64,000 nucleotides of DNA from Rhina ancylostomus (lineage: Eukaryota), in assembly GCA_030265395.1 (NCBI GenBank), contig JARFYF010000017.1, forward strand, positions 43,556,465 through 43,620,464, read 5' to 3'. The position numbers and the translations under genes were made by a program. Each line of letters begins with the position of its first letter. The first letter of the stretch is position 1. Positions 50,288-63,739 of the stretch are shown here, one piece after another. The notes under the pieces were generated by a model. That model saw nothing but the letters and a program-made list of their open reading frames with translations. It searched no databases and was not told the DNA's origin.

Positions 50288-50353
50288 ATGGCTGGCCTGC
50301 AAGAGATCCGAATGACAGAGGAAAAGCCTCTGCTGCGGGAGCAGATGTCAATG
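50288..50353 (+). CDS. NDRG4: NDRG family member 4, N-terminal coding exon (whole exon 50265-50353)
   Basis: Acceptor ctctgttgttgcag ends at 50264 and donor ATG|gtgagt starts at 50354. MAGLQEIRMTEEKPLLREQMSM aligns with the mammalian NDRG4 long-isoform start MAGLQELRFPEEKPLLRGQ. It lies downstream of GINS3 on the same strand, as in mammals. Confidence 0.92.
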
Positions 50354-50599
50354 GTGAGTCATTGTAGGATATGATTTTTAAAATCAGATGTCTCAATAAC
50401 CCTAAGATGGGCCGCTTTTCTGAGAGTCGAAGTGCTTGCATGCCTTGTCAATAACTGATTAATGATATTGAATTTCTTTCCCTAGAGCTTTATAGAGCTT
50501 GTCCGTTTCTTAATTATAATCCTTATCCATCCTAATTAATGAAGTCCACATCTGTCTGACTGGTTGTTTTAAGAATGCTTGCTGTATTCTTGCCCTAGT

Positions 50600-50880
50600 T
50601 TCCATCAATGCAGCTCCAGATTGCTGTACTGGTGAACTTGAGAATTTTAATTCAGTTTGTTAAAGGAAAGTCAAGGAATATAATGCTGGTGTCAGCTTTT
50701 TAAAAGGTATTGTGAAAATCCAGCTGGTTTACTTAAATCTTACTGGCCCACCCTGTCTATTCTGGCCTATATGTAACTCCTTTCCCTGTTATATTGTGGT
50801 TGAATCTTAATTGTTCTGTGGTGTGCCCTATCAGTTTTGTTACTTTACAGGACAATGTTAGATTAATCCTGGCCTTGCTT
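50600..50880 (+). mobile_element. tRNA-derived SINE (family of 32925), decayed
   Basis: aaaatccagctggtttac...tctggcctatatgtaactcc...tgtggttgaatcttaa...ctggccttgc. Confidence 0.6.
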
Positions 50881-53454
50881 TTCTGTGATGGAAATGTTAC
50901 CTGCCACTTGTCAACACATCTGCATGTCATTTAGTCCAAGTTCTGTGCTGATCCTGACTGCTTCATTATCAGACCAGATTGGGAATTGTCTGGAATCCCG
51001 TGAATGGGCCCTTTCGACTGAATGGTAGGAGGAGGCCATTAATGAAACAGCTGAAGAGGGTTGGGTTAAAGACATGTGGTTCCTGTGGAGAATTCTTGCA
51101 ATAATGCCTCAACCTTCTGATCACTTATTTCCCACAACCATGTTCACTTTTCCGTGCATCTCGTCTGACTCCAGTTATTGCATTGATTTCCTTTTTCAAC
51201 TTTCACTTTCTGCTTTTGTCCCTCTTTCATTGCAATGCTGCCTTCGTGTCAAGGGCAACAATTCTTCCTCTTTTTTTGAGATATTTGGATCGAGGCCATG
51301 AGGAGGGAAATTGGTATGATTATTTACAATTAAAAGAGTTAGCACCCCCACAAAGGCACAATGGACCAAATATTTTATAACTGCTGTGATTATTTTTGGC
51401 TGGAGCTCCTTCAGACTGGCTTTGGTGGATGGTGGGAGATTTCTTGAAGCACGTGGCCTCCCCAGTAGAGAAAAGTGGGTAGCAGAACATGTGTCAGTGA
51501 GTTATGATGGAAATAGAAAATTATTCAGGAAATGGTGAATGCTTTAAATGAGATTTTCCAAGCATTTAATTTTAGTTGGGATTTTTTCATTAATCTTTCT
51601 CAGTAAAGTACATAAAATTGCAAGTGCCTTTAACTGGAACATTAGTAATATTACTAAGAATATATCAAGAAGATAATCTCACTGAGAGGCTCAGATGATG
51701 CAGTAAGCATTTAACAGCCTAGCTCATGCTGTTCTTTGTCTTTTGGTCCTGAGAGCTTCATTATCCTCTCCCACACATTCCTTTCTAAAATATAAATACT
51801 ATGTTCTTTTTAATCTCAAAGATTAAGGCAGCTCCTTTTCATTTCTGTAAAATATTTTCTTCAGCAGCTATAAATGCTATAATCAAATATTGTGTTTGGT
51901 CAATATGTGATGACCCTCGCCAGAAGATAAAGTTTGTGATATAATCATTGTAAAATAAATCTAGAGTAGCAATATTGCTGCTCTGTCTATCTGTGTAAGA
52001 ATCTTGGCCCTGAGCTTCTTGTGTTCCGGTGCCAAGAATGCAGTATGAACTGAGTTATTGGGTGCACAAACGGTTGAGGAAATTGTTATGCTAACTCCTG
52101 CTAGCTTCTTCCGGGCATTGCAGTTTCTGATGGGTAGGGGTAGTTGCAGGAAATGCCTACGTTCTCAACTCCCCCTGCACCGCCCTCCCACCACCTTGTA
52201 GCTCTCTGCGAATCCTAATCAATCAACAAAATTGCAAGTTAATGCAATATGCACTGTCATCTGCATTCAACAAAATAGGTTATTTGCCAAACAGTATCAG
52301 TTCATAAGTTTGTAGGTGAAATTTGAATAGGTTTCCTTTCCCAAACAGTTTACTTTGGTTTTGATTTTCTTGCTCTTCAAGAGCAGTTGATTGTTCTTGC
52401 ACCTCTTGTATCTGAAGATCACTTTGGAAGGGGTTGGGGAGCAACAACTTTGCTTAAATCCATCAGAGAAGTAAGAAGTTAGCACTGTTTGTGGAAATCC
52501 TCCTGTTGCCTGTTTGGATAATGAAATGTGGGAATGCTGAGCAGTAGATATCCTTATTTTATTGAGGCAAGATGAGATTTCCTTTCAGTCCTCAACTAGT
52601 CTGCAGATTCCTTTTCAATATCCACATCATTTCACAAAAAAAAACTAATTTCCTATTAAATGTAATGCACACTGCCATGGGTGCAATGTGAAGGCTGCAG
52701 TCCCCTGATGATAAAGGCAGCCTGAAGGTACCAATACCCAGCCATTCATTCTTTTTTGTGTGATTTAGACAAAGGAGAAATGTAGCATAACACTATATCT
52801 GAATTAATTTTGGTAAAATAATGTAATCAACTAAATCCAAGGACTTTAGAAAGTACAGTGAAGGTATATTGTACCAGACAGAACCTGCCACACCCACTAC
52901 CTTCCATCCAAGCTTCAGTTCCAAAGATGACTTCAATTTTCAACCTTTACCCCGATCCTGCTCCATCTTAAAATTACCTAATTCCCATCCAGCCTCTGTA
53001 GTGCTTCCACCTTGACCCTCATTTCTACAAATGTGTCTATTTGGCTCAGTCTCATATATTTTCCCGTTCCTGGTTTGCCTCCTGCCCCTTGCCAGCTCCT
53101 TCACTGTCGAAACACAACACTCCTTTCCCTCGTGCTTATTTCCCACAAAGCTATACCTACTCTGTTTCACTCCTGGTTCATGCACTGAATTACCTTGCAG
53201 CAGCACCATGAAAATCCATAAATGGTTTTACAATTCAATATATTGTCAACAAGATTTACCTCTGTGCTTTTGTTGTTTGGGTGCTACAGGTGGTGATTTT
53301 TGTTTTTAATTGTCTGAGTGAGATGCACAGACGTGTTGGGTTGCTTGGTGCAAGGTGACGACTGTGCGTTTTGTAAGTGTGCAGCTTATCCTGATGCAAT
53401 GCTAATTTGATGTCTCATTGCCAAAATGGACCTCAACATTGCAGCTATTGTTAA

Positions 53455-53590
53455 GGGTGTCAACAGTTATGGGGAGAAGGCAGGAGAATGGGGTTGAGAG
53501 GAAAAATTAAATCGGCCATGATGAATGGCGGAGCAGACTCGATGGGCCAAATGGCCTAATTCTGCTCTTATATCTTATGGTCTTATTTTC
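53455..53590 (+). mobile_element. CR1 3' tail (young, 5'-truncated)
   Basis: ggggagaaggcaggagaatgggg...gagcagactcgatgggccaaatggcctaattctgctcttatatcttatggtcttat. Confidence 0.85.
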
Positions 53591-54454
53591 AACTCGTAGA
53601 AAACCTGGCATATAAGGGCAGGAAGCCCATTTCATAATTGATTCATTAGTTAATTGGAGATTTGTTGGTAATTAATTTTAAGCAGTGGTAGTTGTATTGA
53701 AGAACTGGTTTATGTTCATAGACCCCATCATAGTCTATAATAAGGTGCTGCAGGCGTAAGAATTGCATCCGATATTTTGGGCTTCAGGCAAACACTGTTG
53801 TTCCCAGACATGGGGATTTTGACCACAATCATCCTTGTCAGTCTTTCGCATGACGAGAAGAGGAAGAGTAGGGCAGTCTGTGGAAAGACTGAACAGAAGG
53901 AGGCAAAGATTTTCCAGGAGCAGCTTTCTTACATTCTGCTCAGCAAGGAGTAACACATGAAACGGCTATGCTTCTCCAGAAGTGCTGATGGAGGTATTGC
54001 TGCTTTTAAGTGCAGTCACAGATCAAGACTTGTCTGTTGTGTCCTCACTTTTAAGCTATCACGTGAGAGGAAAATTTGGCTAGAAGATTTCCTTGTTAAT
54101 ACCTGGCTATTGACTCCAGTCTGAAGCCTGTACACAAAAGAAGAATGTACACGCAGTGAGAATTGTTTTGTCATCTTNNNNNNNNNNNNNNNNNNNNNNN
54201 NNNNNNNNNNNNNNNNNNNNNNNNNNNNNNNNNNNNNNNNNNNNNNNNNNNNNNNNNNNNNNNNNNNNNNNNNNNNNCCAAAGCGCGATGTTTTCTTTCA
54301 TTATCCTTGTCAATTGATGGTGTTCTACTTTGCCACTTGAAAACCAACAAAACAACTGATGCAGTCAAAGCAATATATAGTGTTTTCCTTTTTTTCCTTA
54401 AAATCATTCTGAAAGGACATAGGATAGCACTCTGCAAGGTAGGAAAAGGACACA

Positions 54455-54483
54455 GAATGAGAATGAGAATGAGAATGAGAATG
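54455..54483. repeat. (GAATGA)n hexamer microsatellite
   Basis: gaatgagaatgagaatgagaatgagaatg. Confidence 0.9.
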
Positions 54484-55029
54484 CTCTCTTATATGTATCA
54501 AGAATCTTAAGTTTCTACAGATGCTTTCCCTTGGTGCTGAAGAATTTTTATACATCATAGATTAATACATTGAATTTAAGTATTTTATCTTCACGAAAGA
54601 TCTTACGTGTATCCTTCAAAATATCCTGTCATATTAATGTATGTGCACCTTTGCAATGACTTAAACATTTCCCACTTCCTTTTCATTTTATGCAAGCATT
54701 GCCACAGCAGTGTTAAATCTGTATTGCAATGTTTGATGATTGTTTTGACAAATGGATTTATGATTCTCCTTTTAGCTTTGGCCAGCGATTGATGGACCTG
54801 CTCTGGGTCTCAGATCCTGTACAGACCCTACATTTCCCAGCATGCATCTCACACACTGCCAGAGTTCAAGGGCCAATCACTGATGTGGAGATACTGTCAA
54901 ATTATTTTCACAATACTTTAAAAAGAATGAATTTTCTTCTGAATGGAAATACCATCTCAATGGCAAACCACCTAAAATTTAAATATAGGTACAATTATAG
55001 TAACAAGAACTAAAACTAAAACTAATTTA

Positions 55030-55240
55030 GACTCAGAGTCAAACAGCACAGAAACAGGCCCTTTGGCCCACTGTGTATGTGCTGATCATCGAGCATTAAT
55101 TTCATTCTCCCCACATTCCCATCAGCTCCCCCCAGACTCTACCACTCACCTATACATTAGGGGCAATTTACAGTGGCCAATGAACCTACCGACTTGCATG
55201 TCTTTGAAAGGAAAGCGGAGCACATGGGGAAAACCCAGTG
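55030..55240 (-). mobile_element. V-SINE 3' half
   Basis: cagcacagaaacaggccctttggccca...ggggcaatttacagtggcc...gcatgtctttgaaaggaaagcggagcac. Confidence 0.75.
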
Positions 55241-55984
55241 GGGTAGCACTGCTTGGGACCACTAGGACAGGCACCAAGAGAATTCACTAAGTTACTCAGC
55301 TAACGTTTGAAGCAAGTGTGCTCTCTCAGGTGGTTATTTCAAAGACAAGTTGTGGAATTCTCCCCTACGTTTAACCTGCAGTCAACATCACCAAAACAGA
55401 TTATTTGGTCAATGTCATATAATTGCTTTAGGACTTGTGGTGCACAATGTGGCTACTGCACTTCCTGCATTAGATCCTTCAAATTATTTGGCTGTAAAGA
55501 GGTTTGGGGTATCCCAAGACTGTGACGAGCACAATACAAATATTTTTTTTTAATCTTTATGTCATTGATAATAAGAATTAGAATGTGAAGAGTTAATCAA
55601 TTACTTCAAATAGGTTCCAAATCAGCAAAATGACAGCAAGTGGATAAGCCGGACTAGTTTCATGCAGTTAATTTTGTACATGCTAATAGCTGGCTGAACT
55701 TGTTTTCATACTAAACAGCTTCTTTAACTCCACTCATTTTCTGCAAATGAAAGGCATAGCTATGGAAACTTGCATTGGTCCAAATTGTACGTGTGGAACA
55801 ATTGGTCCTCTTCCTGTCCTTTTTTTTTCCCTCTGGTACATTTGATGATTGTATTGATCCTGCTTCCTGCTCATGTGTGAATGTTTCATCACCCTTTGCC
55901 CTTGCTGGGACTAGGCAGAAGATCAGGTTGGCATGGACTAGATGGGCCGAGGGGCTTCTTTCTGTGTTGTAATACTCCATTCCT

Positions 55985-56810
55985 TTCTCCCAGTTTCTCT
56001 GGCTGCATTGCACCTGTTCTGAGACTTCTGAGATGTTTCCCTTTATCCTTCCCCTCCTGCATTGTTATCTCAACAGTGTCTGTTCTATTTCCTGCACTTC
56101 ACTCTTGCCCCTTTTTTCCTTCCATGAAGCAGGGTAGGATTCCACGTGCCCTCCCCTTCCACCTCATTCAATGGATCATCCTCTGTAGTTTCTGCCACCC
56201 TTTTAACAAGCTGCAGCCATCAGAGACACCTCCCTTTCCCCTCTCCTTTCAGCATTTTAAAGGGACTTGTTCTCTCTTCAGTCTCCACCAATATGTAGTT
56301 CCCTTATCTCTGCATTTTTCCAGGCAGCCTGTGCCTTTTACCTCTTCCCTTCTCTGATCCAGGTGACCCGTCTTTCCAGGAGAAGCAATGATTCACCTCA
56401 TTATTCCAATTTAGGGTACTGAATGAGGTGCACTCAAGATGGTCGTCTCTATACTGCAAAATGCCTCTGAATCTGCAAGAATGACAACTCGCTCTAACTT
56501 CCCTGTCTTTGGCCTCTTGCAATGTTCCAACAGAGACTAATGTAAGGTCGAAGAACAACACATCTTCAGTCCTAGTACATTAACACTTATTTAACATTGA
56601 ATTCAGTGATTTCAGATAACCAGCCTTTCCAATTTGTCAGAACTGGAAAGTTCTGATGCAAGAGCAGGGGGAGCTTGGCAGATCAGGCAGTGTCTGTAGG
56701 GAGGGGATGGGGGGGCTTTTTGTAAAAAAAAACAGCCTGACTCGTTAGTTCTGGTTCTCTCTCTGATTCTGCAACCCTGCTGAATATTTCCCTTGTTTTT
56801 GTTTCGGATT
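55985..56810 (+). mobile_element. Decayed Penelope-like element with inverted terminal pieces
   Basis: Homologous to 10930-11879 (gaagaacaacacatcttc = EEQHIF; aacattgaattc), followed by terminal-repeat fragments in both orientations. Confidence 0.7.
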
Positions 56811-56829
56811 TGCCCTTCATTACCAATTT

Positions 56830-57600
56830 GTTTTCTGTTACATAGCCCGTTTTCTATCCACTGCCCCTTTTATTCGATAGCCTTTAATCACAATGACAGC
56901 CTTACTGAATGTTCTTTGGAAGTCCATTTAAACCATATCAATGTTAAGTACCTCATCAGCCATCCGATGATTGATTTTAAAAAAAAACTATCAAGTTGGT
57001 TAGACACAATTTGTCTTTAACAAATCTGTGTTGGCTTTCTCTAATCAATCTACATGTCCATGTGATTTGCTAATTCTGCCCCTGTTTATTGTTTCTTTCC
57101 ACACCACTAAGGTTGAACTGACTGATCTATAGCTACTGGGTTTGTTCCTACATCATTTGTCAAACAAAGATGTAACATTCACTATTTTCCAGTCCTTGTG
57201 CACCACTCCTGAATTTAAAGATATTTGGAAGATCATGGCCAGAACCTCTGCAATTTCCCCTCCTACTTCTACTTCTCTCAGCAGCTTAGATGCTTTCCAT
57301 CTGGGCCAGGTACAAAGGAGCACTTGCATTCAATTCGCCACCTTGGTGCCTACATTTTATCAATATCCAGTCCATATGAATTTCAACCATGTCCTCCATT
57401 GCTGAGACTTGGGCAACATCATCTTCCTGGGTGAAGACTGATATAAAGAACTCATTTAGTTCCTCAGCCATGCTCCCTGCCTCCATGAGATTTTCGTTTT
57501 GGTCTCTGATTGGCTCCGATTGCAACCTTGGATCCACTCCCATGCCTATCAAATATTCTTGGATTCCCATGTTTGCATTGCCTCTTTTTTTATCACTCTT
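56830..57600 (-). mobile_element. Decayed CR1 LINE ORF2 fragment
   Basis: Minus-strand 'PIRDQNENLMEAGSMAEELNEFFISVFTQED' is the CR1 linker motif. Confidence 0.82.
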
Positions 57601-57779
57601 GAATTTTCTGTTATCATCCTGGTTGTGTTAGAACTTCGTACCTCTTGTGGTTTTTCTGCTTTTATTTTTCACTATCATTTTGGACATCCAAGGAGCTGCA
57701 ACAGTCAATCAGGAAAATATAGCTGGATCATAGATGAAAATAGCTAAAGATCAAAGCCAATTCTGGTTACTGCCTATAT

Positions 57780-58290
57780 CCTTCTCCCTGACAATGGTCT
57801 GGGACTGAACTGCACTGTTTGCAACCTTGGTGTCACATATGGCCTGGGACTGCATTCCTTTTGTAAATGCCTGACTGTAACTTACCTCTGCTCATCTGTT
57901 GTTGAAATCCTCATCTATGCCTTTTGTTACCTTTTTCAGACTTCACTGTTTGAATGTTGTTTTCCCCCCACCCCAATATGTTTCTTAACTCTCACACTGG
58001 ATCCTGCTTTCACACAGCCCATGTACTCACTGACCTGCGGTGCCTCCTTTTTTTTAAATTTCAATGCTCTTTCCAGACTCCATGGTTTTCCAGGCTTCTC
58101 TATCCCTCCACCCAGCAACCCTTCGAGATATCCAACCTTTCTCAAATTCTGGCTTGAGTATTGCAGATTTGATCACTGCCATTAGTGGCCACACTTTCAG
58201 CTGCCATGGTTCTAATCTCTTGAATTTCCTTCCTAAACCCCTCTACTTCTAGGCCTCTCTTTCAAGTGCTCCTTATCATACTAAAGTAAC
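57780..58290 (+). mobile_element. Decayed L2-like LINE 3' fragment
   Basis: gtttgcaaccttggtgtc (V.NLGV), ctcatctatgccttttgttacc (LI.AFVT) and aatctcttgaatttccttcctaaacc (L.NSLP). Confidence 0.6.
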
Positions 58291-58664
58291 AAGAATTTAT
58301 TGAGAGAAGTTTTAATCATCTCCTCTTCTAAAGACTTTCATGGCTTAGTCACATTTAATTTAGTGTCAGCCTTTTTGATATCTTTTAACAACTTAAGAGG
58401 TGCTATATTAATATTATTGCTGTTAACTGTAGTTTCTTAGGGAGAAGCACAATAATGTCCAGCCAGGAACAAGTTCTTAAGCTTGAGAATGGGGAACACA
58501 CGTGGAATGGCTTGGGTGAGTGATATTGGTGTGCGAGAGAGAAAGCTGGAGAAATAAAAGGAACAAAAGCTTACATTGTTAGGGTTAAATGGGAGATGCC
58601 TGTGTGGTGCATAAACACCAGAACAGGCCAGGCTTGTTTCTATAGCATAAATTTCATGTAACAT

Positions 58665-58768
58665 TTGGTATTGGTTTATTATTGTCACTTGTACTGAGGT
58701 ACAGTGGAAAAACTTGTCTTGCATACTGATCATACAGGTCAATTCATTACACAGTGCAGTTACATTGA
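58665..58768 (-). mobile_element. LINE 3' tail (probably Rex1-type) running into a gap
   Basis: ttggtattggtttattattgtcacttgtactgaggtacagtgg; the minus strand has AATAAA followed by a short tandem tail. Confidence 0.5.
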
Positions 58769-61700
58769 NNNNNNNNNNNNNNNNNNNNNNNNNNNNNNNN
58801 NNNNNNNNNNNNNNNNNNNNNNNNNNNNNNNNNNNNNNNNNNNNNNNNNNNNNNNNNNNNNNNNNNNNNNNNNNNNNNNNNNNNNNNNNNNNNNNNNNNN
58901 NNNNNNNNNNNNNNNNNNNNNNNNNNNNNNNNNNNNNNNNNNNNNNNNNNNNNNNNNNNNNNNNNNNNNNNNNNNNNNNNNNNNNNNNNNNNNNNNNNNN
59001 NNNNNNNNNNNNNNNNNNNNNNNNNNNNNNNNNNNNNNNNNNNNNNNNNNNNNNNNNNNNNNNNNNNNNNNNNNNNNNNNNNNNNNNNNNNNNNNNNNNN
59101 NNNNNNNNNNNNNNNNNNNNNNNNNNNNNNNNNNNNNNNNNNNNNNNNNNNNNNNNNNNNNNNNNNNNNNNNNNNNNNNNNNNNNNNNNNNNNNNNNNNN
59201 NNNNNNNNNNNNNNNNNNNNNNNNNNNNNNNNNNNNNNNNNNNNNNNNNNNNNNNNNNNNNNNNNNNNNNNNNNNNNNNNNNNNNNNNNNNNNNNNNNNN
59301 NNNNNNNNNNNNNNNNNNNNNNNNNNNNNNNNNNNNNNNNNNNNNNNNNNNNNNNNNNNNNNNNNNNNNNNNNNNNNNNNNNNNNNNNNNNNNNNNNNNN
59401 NNNNNNNNNNNNNNNNNNNNNNNNNNNNNNNNNNNNNNNNNNNNNNNNNNNNNNNNNNNNNNNNNNNNNNNNNNNNNNNNNNNNNNNNNNNNNNNNNNNN
59501 NNNNNNNNNNNNNNNNNNNNNNNNNNNNNNNNNNNNNNNNNNNNNNNNNNNNNNNNNNNNNNNNNNNNNNNNNNNNNNNNNNNNNNNNNNNNNNNNNNNN
59601 NNNNNNNNNNNNNCCCCCCCAACCTCTCCCACTGCAAACCTGCATCCCAGCCTAGACCACTCCACTCGCCATCTGCCAGATGTTGGCAGATCAGACTCCT
59701 GGCACTCTGTGGTCAGGTTGGCGAGTCTTGGCATGTGATTTTGCAAACCGTAGAGATGATTCATTCTTTAGGATACTCCTTAACCATCTCTTCCCCAAGT
59801 GACAGTGTGGGTTCTGTTCATCTAATGGCACACTGGACATGGTTTTCAGTGTGTGACAACTCCAAGAGAAATGCAGGCAGCAATATCAACCATTGTACAT
59901 GGCCTTTGTTGAACTCGCTAAAACATTTTGCTTTGTCATTCAAGAGGGAGTGTGGAGGAACCTTCTCAAATTTGGCTGCCTATAGAAATTTGTTTCCGTT
60001 TTGCATCTGCCCTATTGATGGCATGAAAGCCAAGACCTTCCTCAGAAAGAAAATGGATCCATCTTCTTGTGCACTAGTGCCAAGAAAGCTTGTATCATTG
60101 CCGTATGTTTTTTCCCTCAGTCTAGGAAGATTAAGAAATGCAGTGTTGCACTGCAACTCCAACAAGTTTCCTGCTAGTGTGGAGCTAATCTGCATGGCAA
60201 ATAGGAAACTGTTCAACCAAGGTCTCCCCAGTTAAACCCTCAAACTGCAGTAAGCAGGTGATGCTTGCACCTGCACACATTCTGAGTTGGAGATCCCAGT
60301 CTCTGTAGGTCAGGGCAGTTTTGCACCAGGACTGAGAAACAATGCTTTAAATAGTATTGGCTTCAAGGATGAACATAACAGAACAATCAATGTGTGGAAC
60401 AAGTTTGTAGCAAAAGGAATTGATACTGTTCCATTTAACTATTACCAAAAAAGACCTTGACAAACATGTGGCCAGGAATAGAATCAGGATGCAGAGATGA
60501 GTATAAACTAAAATATTCAATTTCCCTTGTGCAAAGATAAATAATCTCTCGAAAATGGGACTAAATTGTAGACCATGCAATCATAAACATGTATTTCGCA
60601 CCATATTGCCCATTGTGTCCATGCCATATGGAGAAGGGCTGCCCATTTCCATCCCTCCTTCCAGATCCTGAGCTGCAGATGTTTGCTTTGCAGTACTTGA
60701 CATATTTATCCAAGAGGTCTTTTTAAATGCAGTGAGCCTTTCTCCTGCCACCCAATTTTGGGCAGAGAATTTCTGACCTCAAATTCTTCTCATCTTGCAT
60801 CTATTCACTAAGTAGTTTAAATCTCTACTGCTTCATTATCGACCTCACAGATAAAGGATTATGGTGCTTCCTAGTTTGCTTTCTTGTAATTTAACACACT
60901 AGCTTTCTTTCCTCCTCCTTTATTTCAAAGAAAACGTCCTAGGCCAATCAAATTTTTTTTTCTCAAAGCTAATTTTTTTCTTAGAATAATTGAATCCAAG
61001 AGATTAATGAAGCATTTTCACTTGGAATAACTGAATAAATGGAATAGAGTACATGATGGGATTGATGATGCATAAATCTTGCAGGGTATACCGGAGTTCC
61101 ATGGCAAAGCACTGGCATTTGTCTGTGTACAAGTAAGCAAGTTTGATACTATGACCTAAAAATGGAAATCTTAAACTTTTCTGACACATTCCAGACAGCA
61201 AATCCATTAGTACACTCCACTGCTGCACTGCATGCAATCCAGTACTAGGGTGCAAAAACTTGATTTCCTTAGCAGGATTTGCAGGCTCATCCCTTTCAAT
61301 TGAAACTTGGTACCTGGATGAATATAACAAGAATAGAGAATGTTATGGTTAATTATTTGTGTTTGTTGTAATATATTTATGTTACAAAAAACTTAATTTT
61401 TATATATTTCTTGAATTAATTAAAAGCTGTTATTGACATTCAAAAACATTTCAAATCTCCAACAGATAGTAAAGTCCCACACTTTGTTTTACTGAGACAG
61501 CTGTTCTGTGGGCAAGGTTTGTTATGGCTTGACCACATAACAAAATATATAGCATAAAGCCCCGCCTCCACCCAAGGCCTCATGGGTTTCAGGATGCTCT
61601 CGGGTGCATGTCAGGTCATTATGGAACCATTGGCTATATGGATAATTAGCACCACTCAGCAATGTCCAAGTCCTTATACTTGCACTGGCCCATCATGTAT

Positions 61701-63159
61701 GAAGAAGTATGCAAACATTAACCCAATAAAGATGCCTAAATTTATACTAGCTGCCTATTATGAAGCAATTCATTATGCACAACAGCCTTGAATATCAAAT
61801 CATTAAGTGAAAAGAAAATTGATTAAGCAATTTCCAGACATAAAATATTTGTCATTCTTGGAATGTGGCCAGGAACCAGAGGCCCAGTGCTCATCTGAAT
61901 GTATTGCTGCACCTCGGCAATGTAATTCTGCTAAAGCTGCAGTTTGCCAGTTTCGAGGAGAATAGTTTGGGACTTGGACGGGTACTGAAGGTGGCGGTGG
62001 GAAGGGTCGTTTTGTGTTGGCTGGCCAGGTGAGGAGACGCTGTCCTGTTTTGGGCAAATTTTTTTTGTCTGCCTCAGGCATTTCCAGGTCTCATGTGGTG
62101 TGAAATATTCACTGGTGTTCCCCATAATGTCCCAATACAAATCACAGAAACACCCAGACCACTGAACCAGTATTTTTATTTCCTACCCTGGCCACTAGCT
62201 GGCAACCCAGGAACTGAGAGATCATTTGTTCTATGGAGTTGAGGAATTGNNNNNNNNNNNNNNNNNNNNNNNNNNNNNNNNNNNNNNNNNNNNNNNNNNN
62301 NNNNNNNNNNNNNNNNNNNNNNNNNNNNNNNNNNNNNNNNNNNNNNNNNCGCTCCACACCTTTTCGTTGTATAATCCTGAAGGTAGGCTAATCAAAAATA
62401 TTTTTGAATACTACAACACAGACGATTTTTATTACTATTATAAGATAATCGGCAATATGGTCATGACATATAAAGCATGGATTAGTATGACTAGATATCC
62501 CCATGTTCCAAGAGCAATGCCTGGATAAGGTACCATTGTTGAGGCAAGCAATGTCTTCTGAGGACAACCAGTCCACAATACCTAGCCGCAACAGGGCAGC
62601 AGGACTACTGATGAGTTGTTGGTGTTAGTGGTGAATGCTGACACACAACATTTTGAAACCTTGTGCAGGTTTCTGGAGAGGTTAGACATTGTTCTGCCAC
62701 CTTCCTCCACCAGAACCACATCCAATGTTGTGGCTAGATGTTCACTGAGCTACAGCCTGAAGCCTGCTATCTGCCATTTTCTTTCCCCCAACTTTGTGGC
62801 ATTTACATTTCCCTGGATTAGGTATTAATGAAGTAAAATTACGGCAAACTCTCTTGATTGGTATGAAATCAACAACTAGAAATTAACTTGTTATCCTAAG
62901 GTGGCTGCTGAGAATGATTCAATTTTAATAGTTGGCTGTGTTATTGCAGTCAGTCACAAACTGTTCCAGCTCATCTGTCACACCTCCTGACTTGTTAACA
63001 TTTCCTTGGGGATCTCCTCAAAATAGAAAAAAATATCAGACATTTAATATGGATCAAGGAAATATTAGGAATTCAGAAGAATTTGAACTATGATTGAGTC
63101 AAATGCTACTGAGAAATGGAACAGTTTCTAATGTGCTGACGTTGGCTATCAATTTTGCA

Positions 63160-63340
63160 TTAATTGGTAGCACCTTGAACTCAAAATGCTAGGGTGACAC
63201 TACGGTGCAGCGCTAAAGGAGTGCTACACTCTGAGGTGCCACCTTTTGAATACAATGTTAAATTGAGACCTCATTAACTCTCCATTTAGATTGAAAAGAT
63301 CCCATGGCCATTATTCTGAAGAAGAGCAGGGCTGCGTGTT
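63160..63340 (+). mobile_element. Deu-domain SINE
   Basis: gggagtgctacactctgaggtgccaccttttgaatacaatgttaaattgagacc...aaaagatcccatggccattattctgaagaagagcagggc is the Deu core. Confidence 0.8.
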
Positions 63341-63739
63341 TTCTACCTGTACTTTTGATGTAAAAGTGTTTGGGGATATAGAGGTCATATAAAGCACAAA
63401 TCTGGGCCTTCTGGCCCTCTTCCTCCTGTGTCTCCCAGGTATATAGTGATACTTTGTTATCCTAATGAGCTCTTTAGACTAGGATCCTTTGTCAAGTATC
63501 ACATTAAACCTTCCTCTCCACTGTTATTAATGGGTTCTTGTGAAATTCAAGCATACTAAAGTATCTTGACAAACCAGACAAGTCTGAATTTTGTTTCCCA
63601 TGATGCTGAGTATTTTTTATTTGTTTTTTCTAGTAAAGGTTTGGGAAATATTAAGCCCTATTTCTTCAATACATTTAAGTTATCCTTTTTCTTTTATCAT
63701 CTTGCCACTGGCACAAATCCACTGTGGTACCTACACAAG

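Noticed and set aside
59735-60235. 166 aa plus-strand ORF inside the NDRG4 intron
   Set aside because: Non-ATG start, no NDRG similarity and no recognisable domain.
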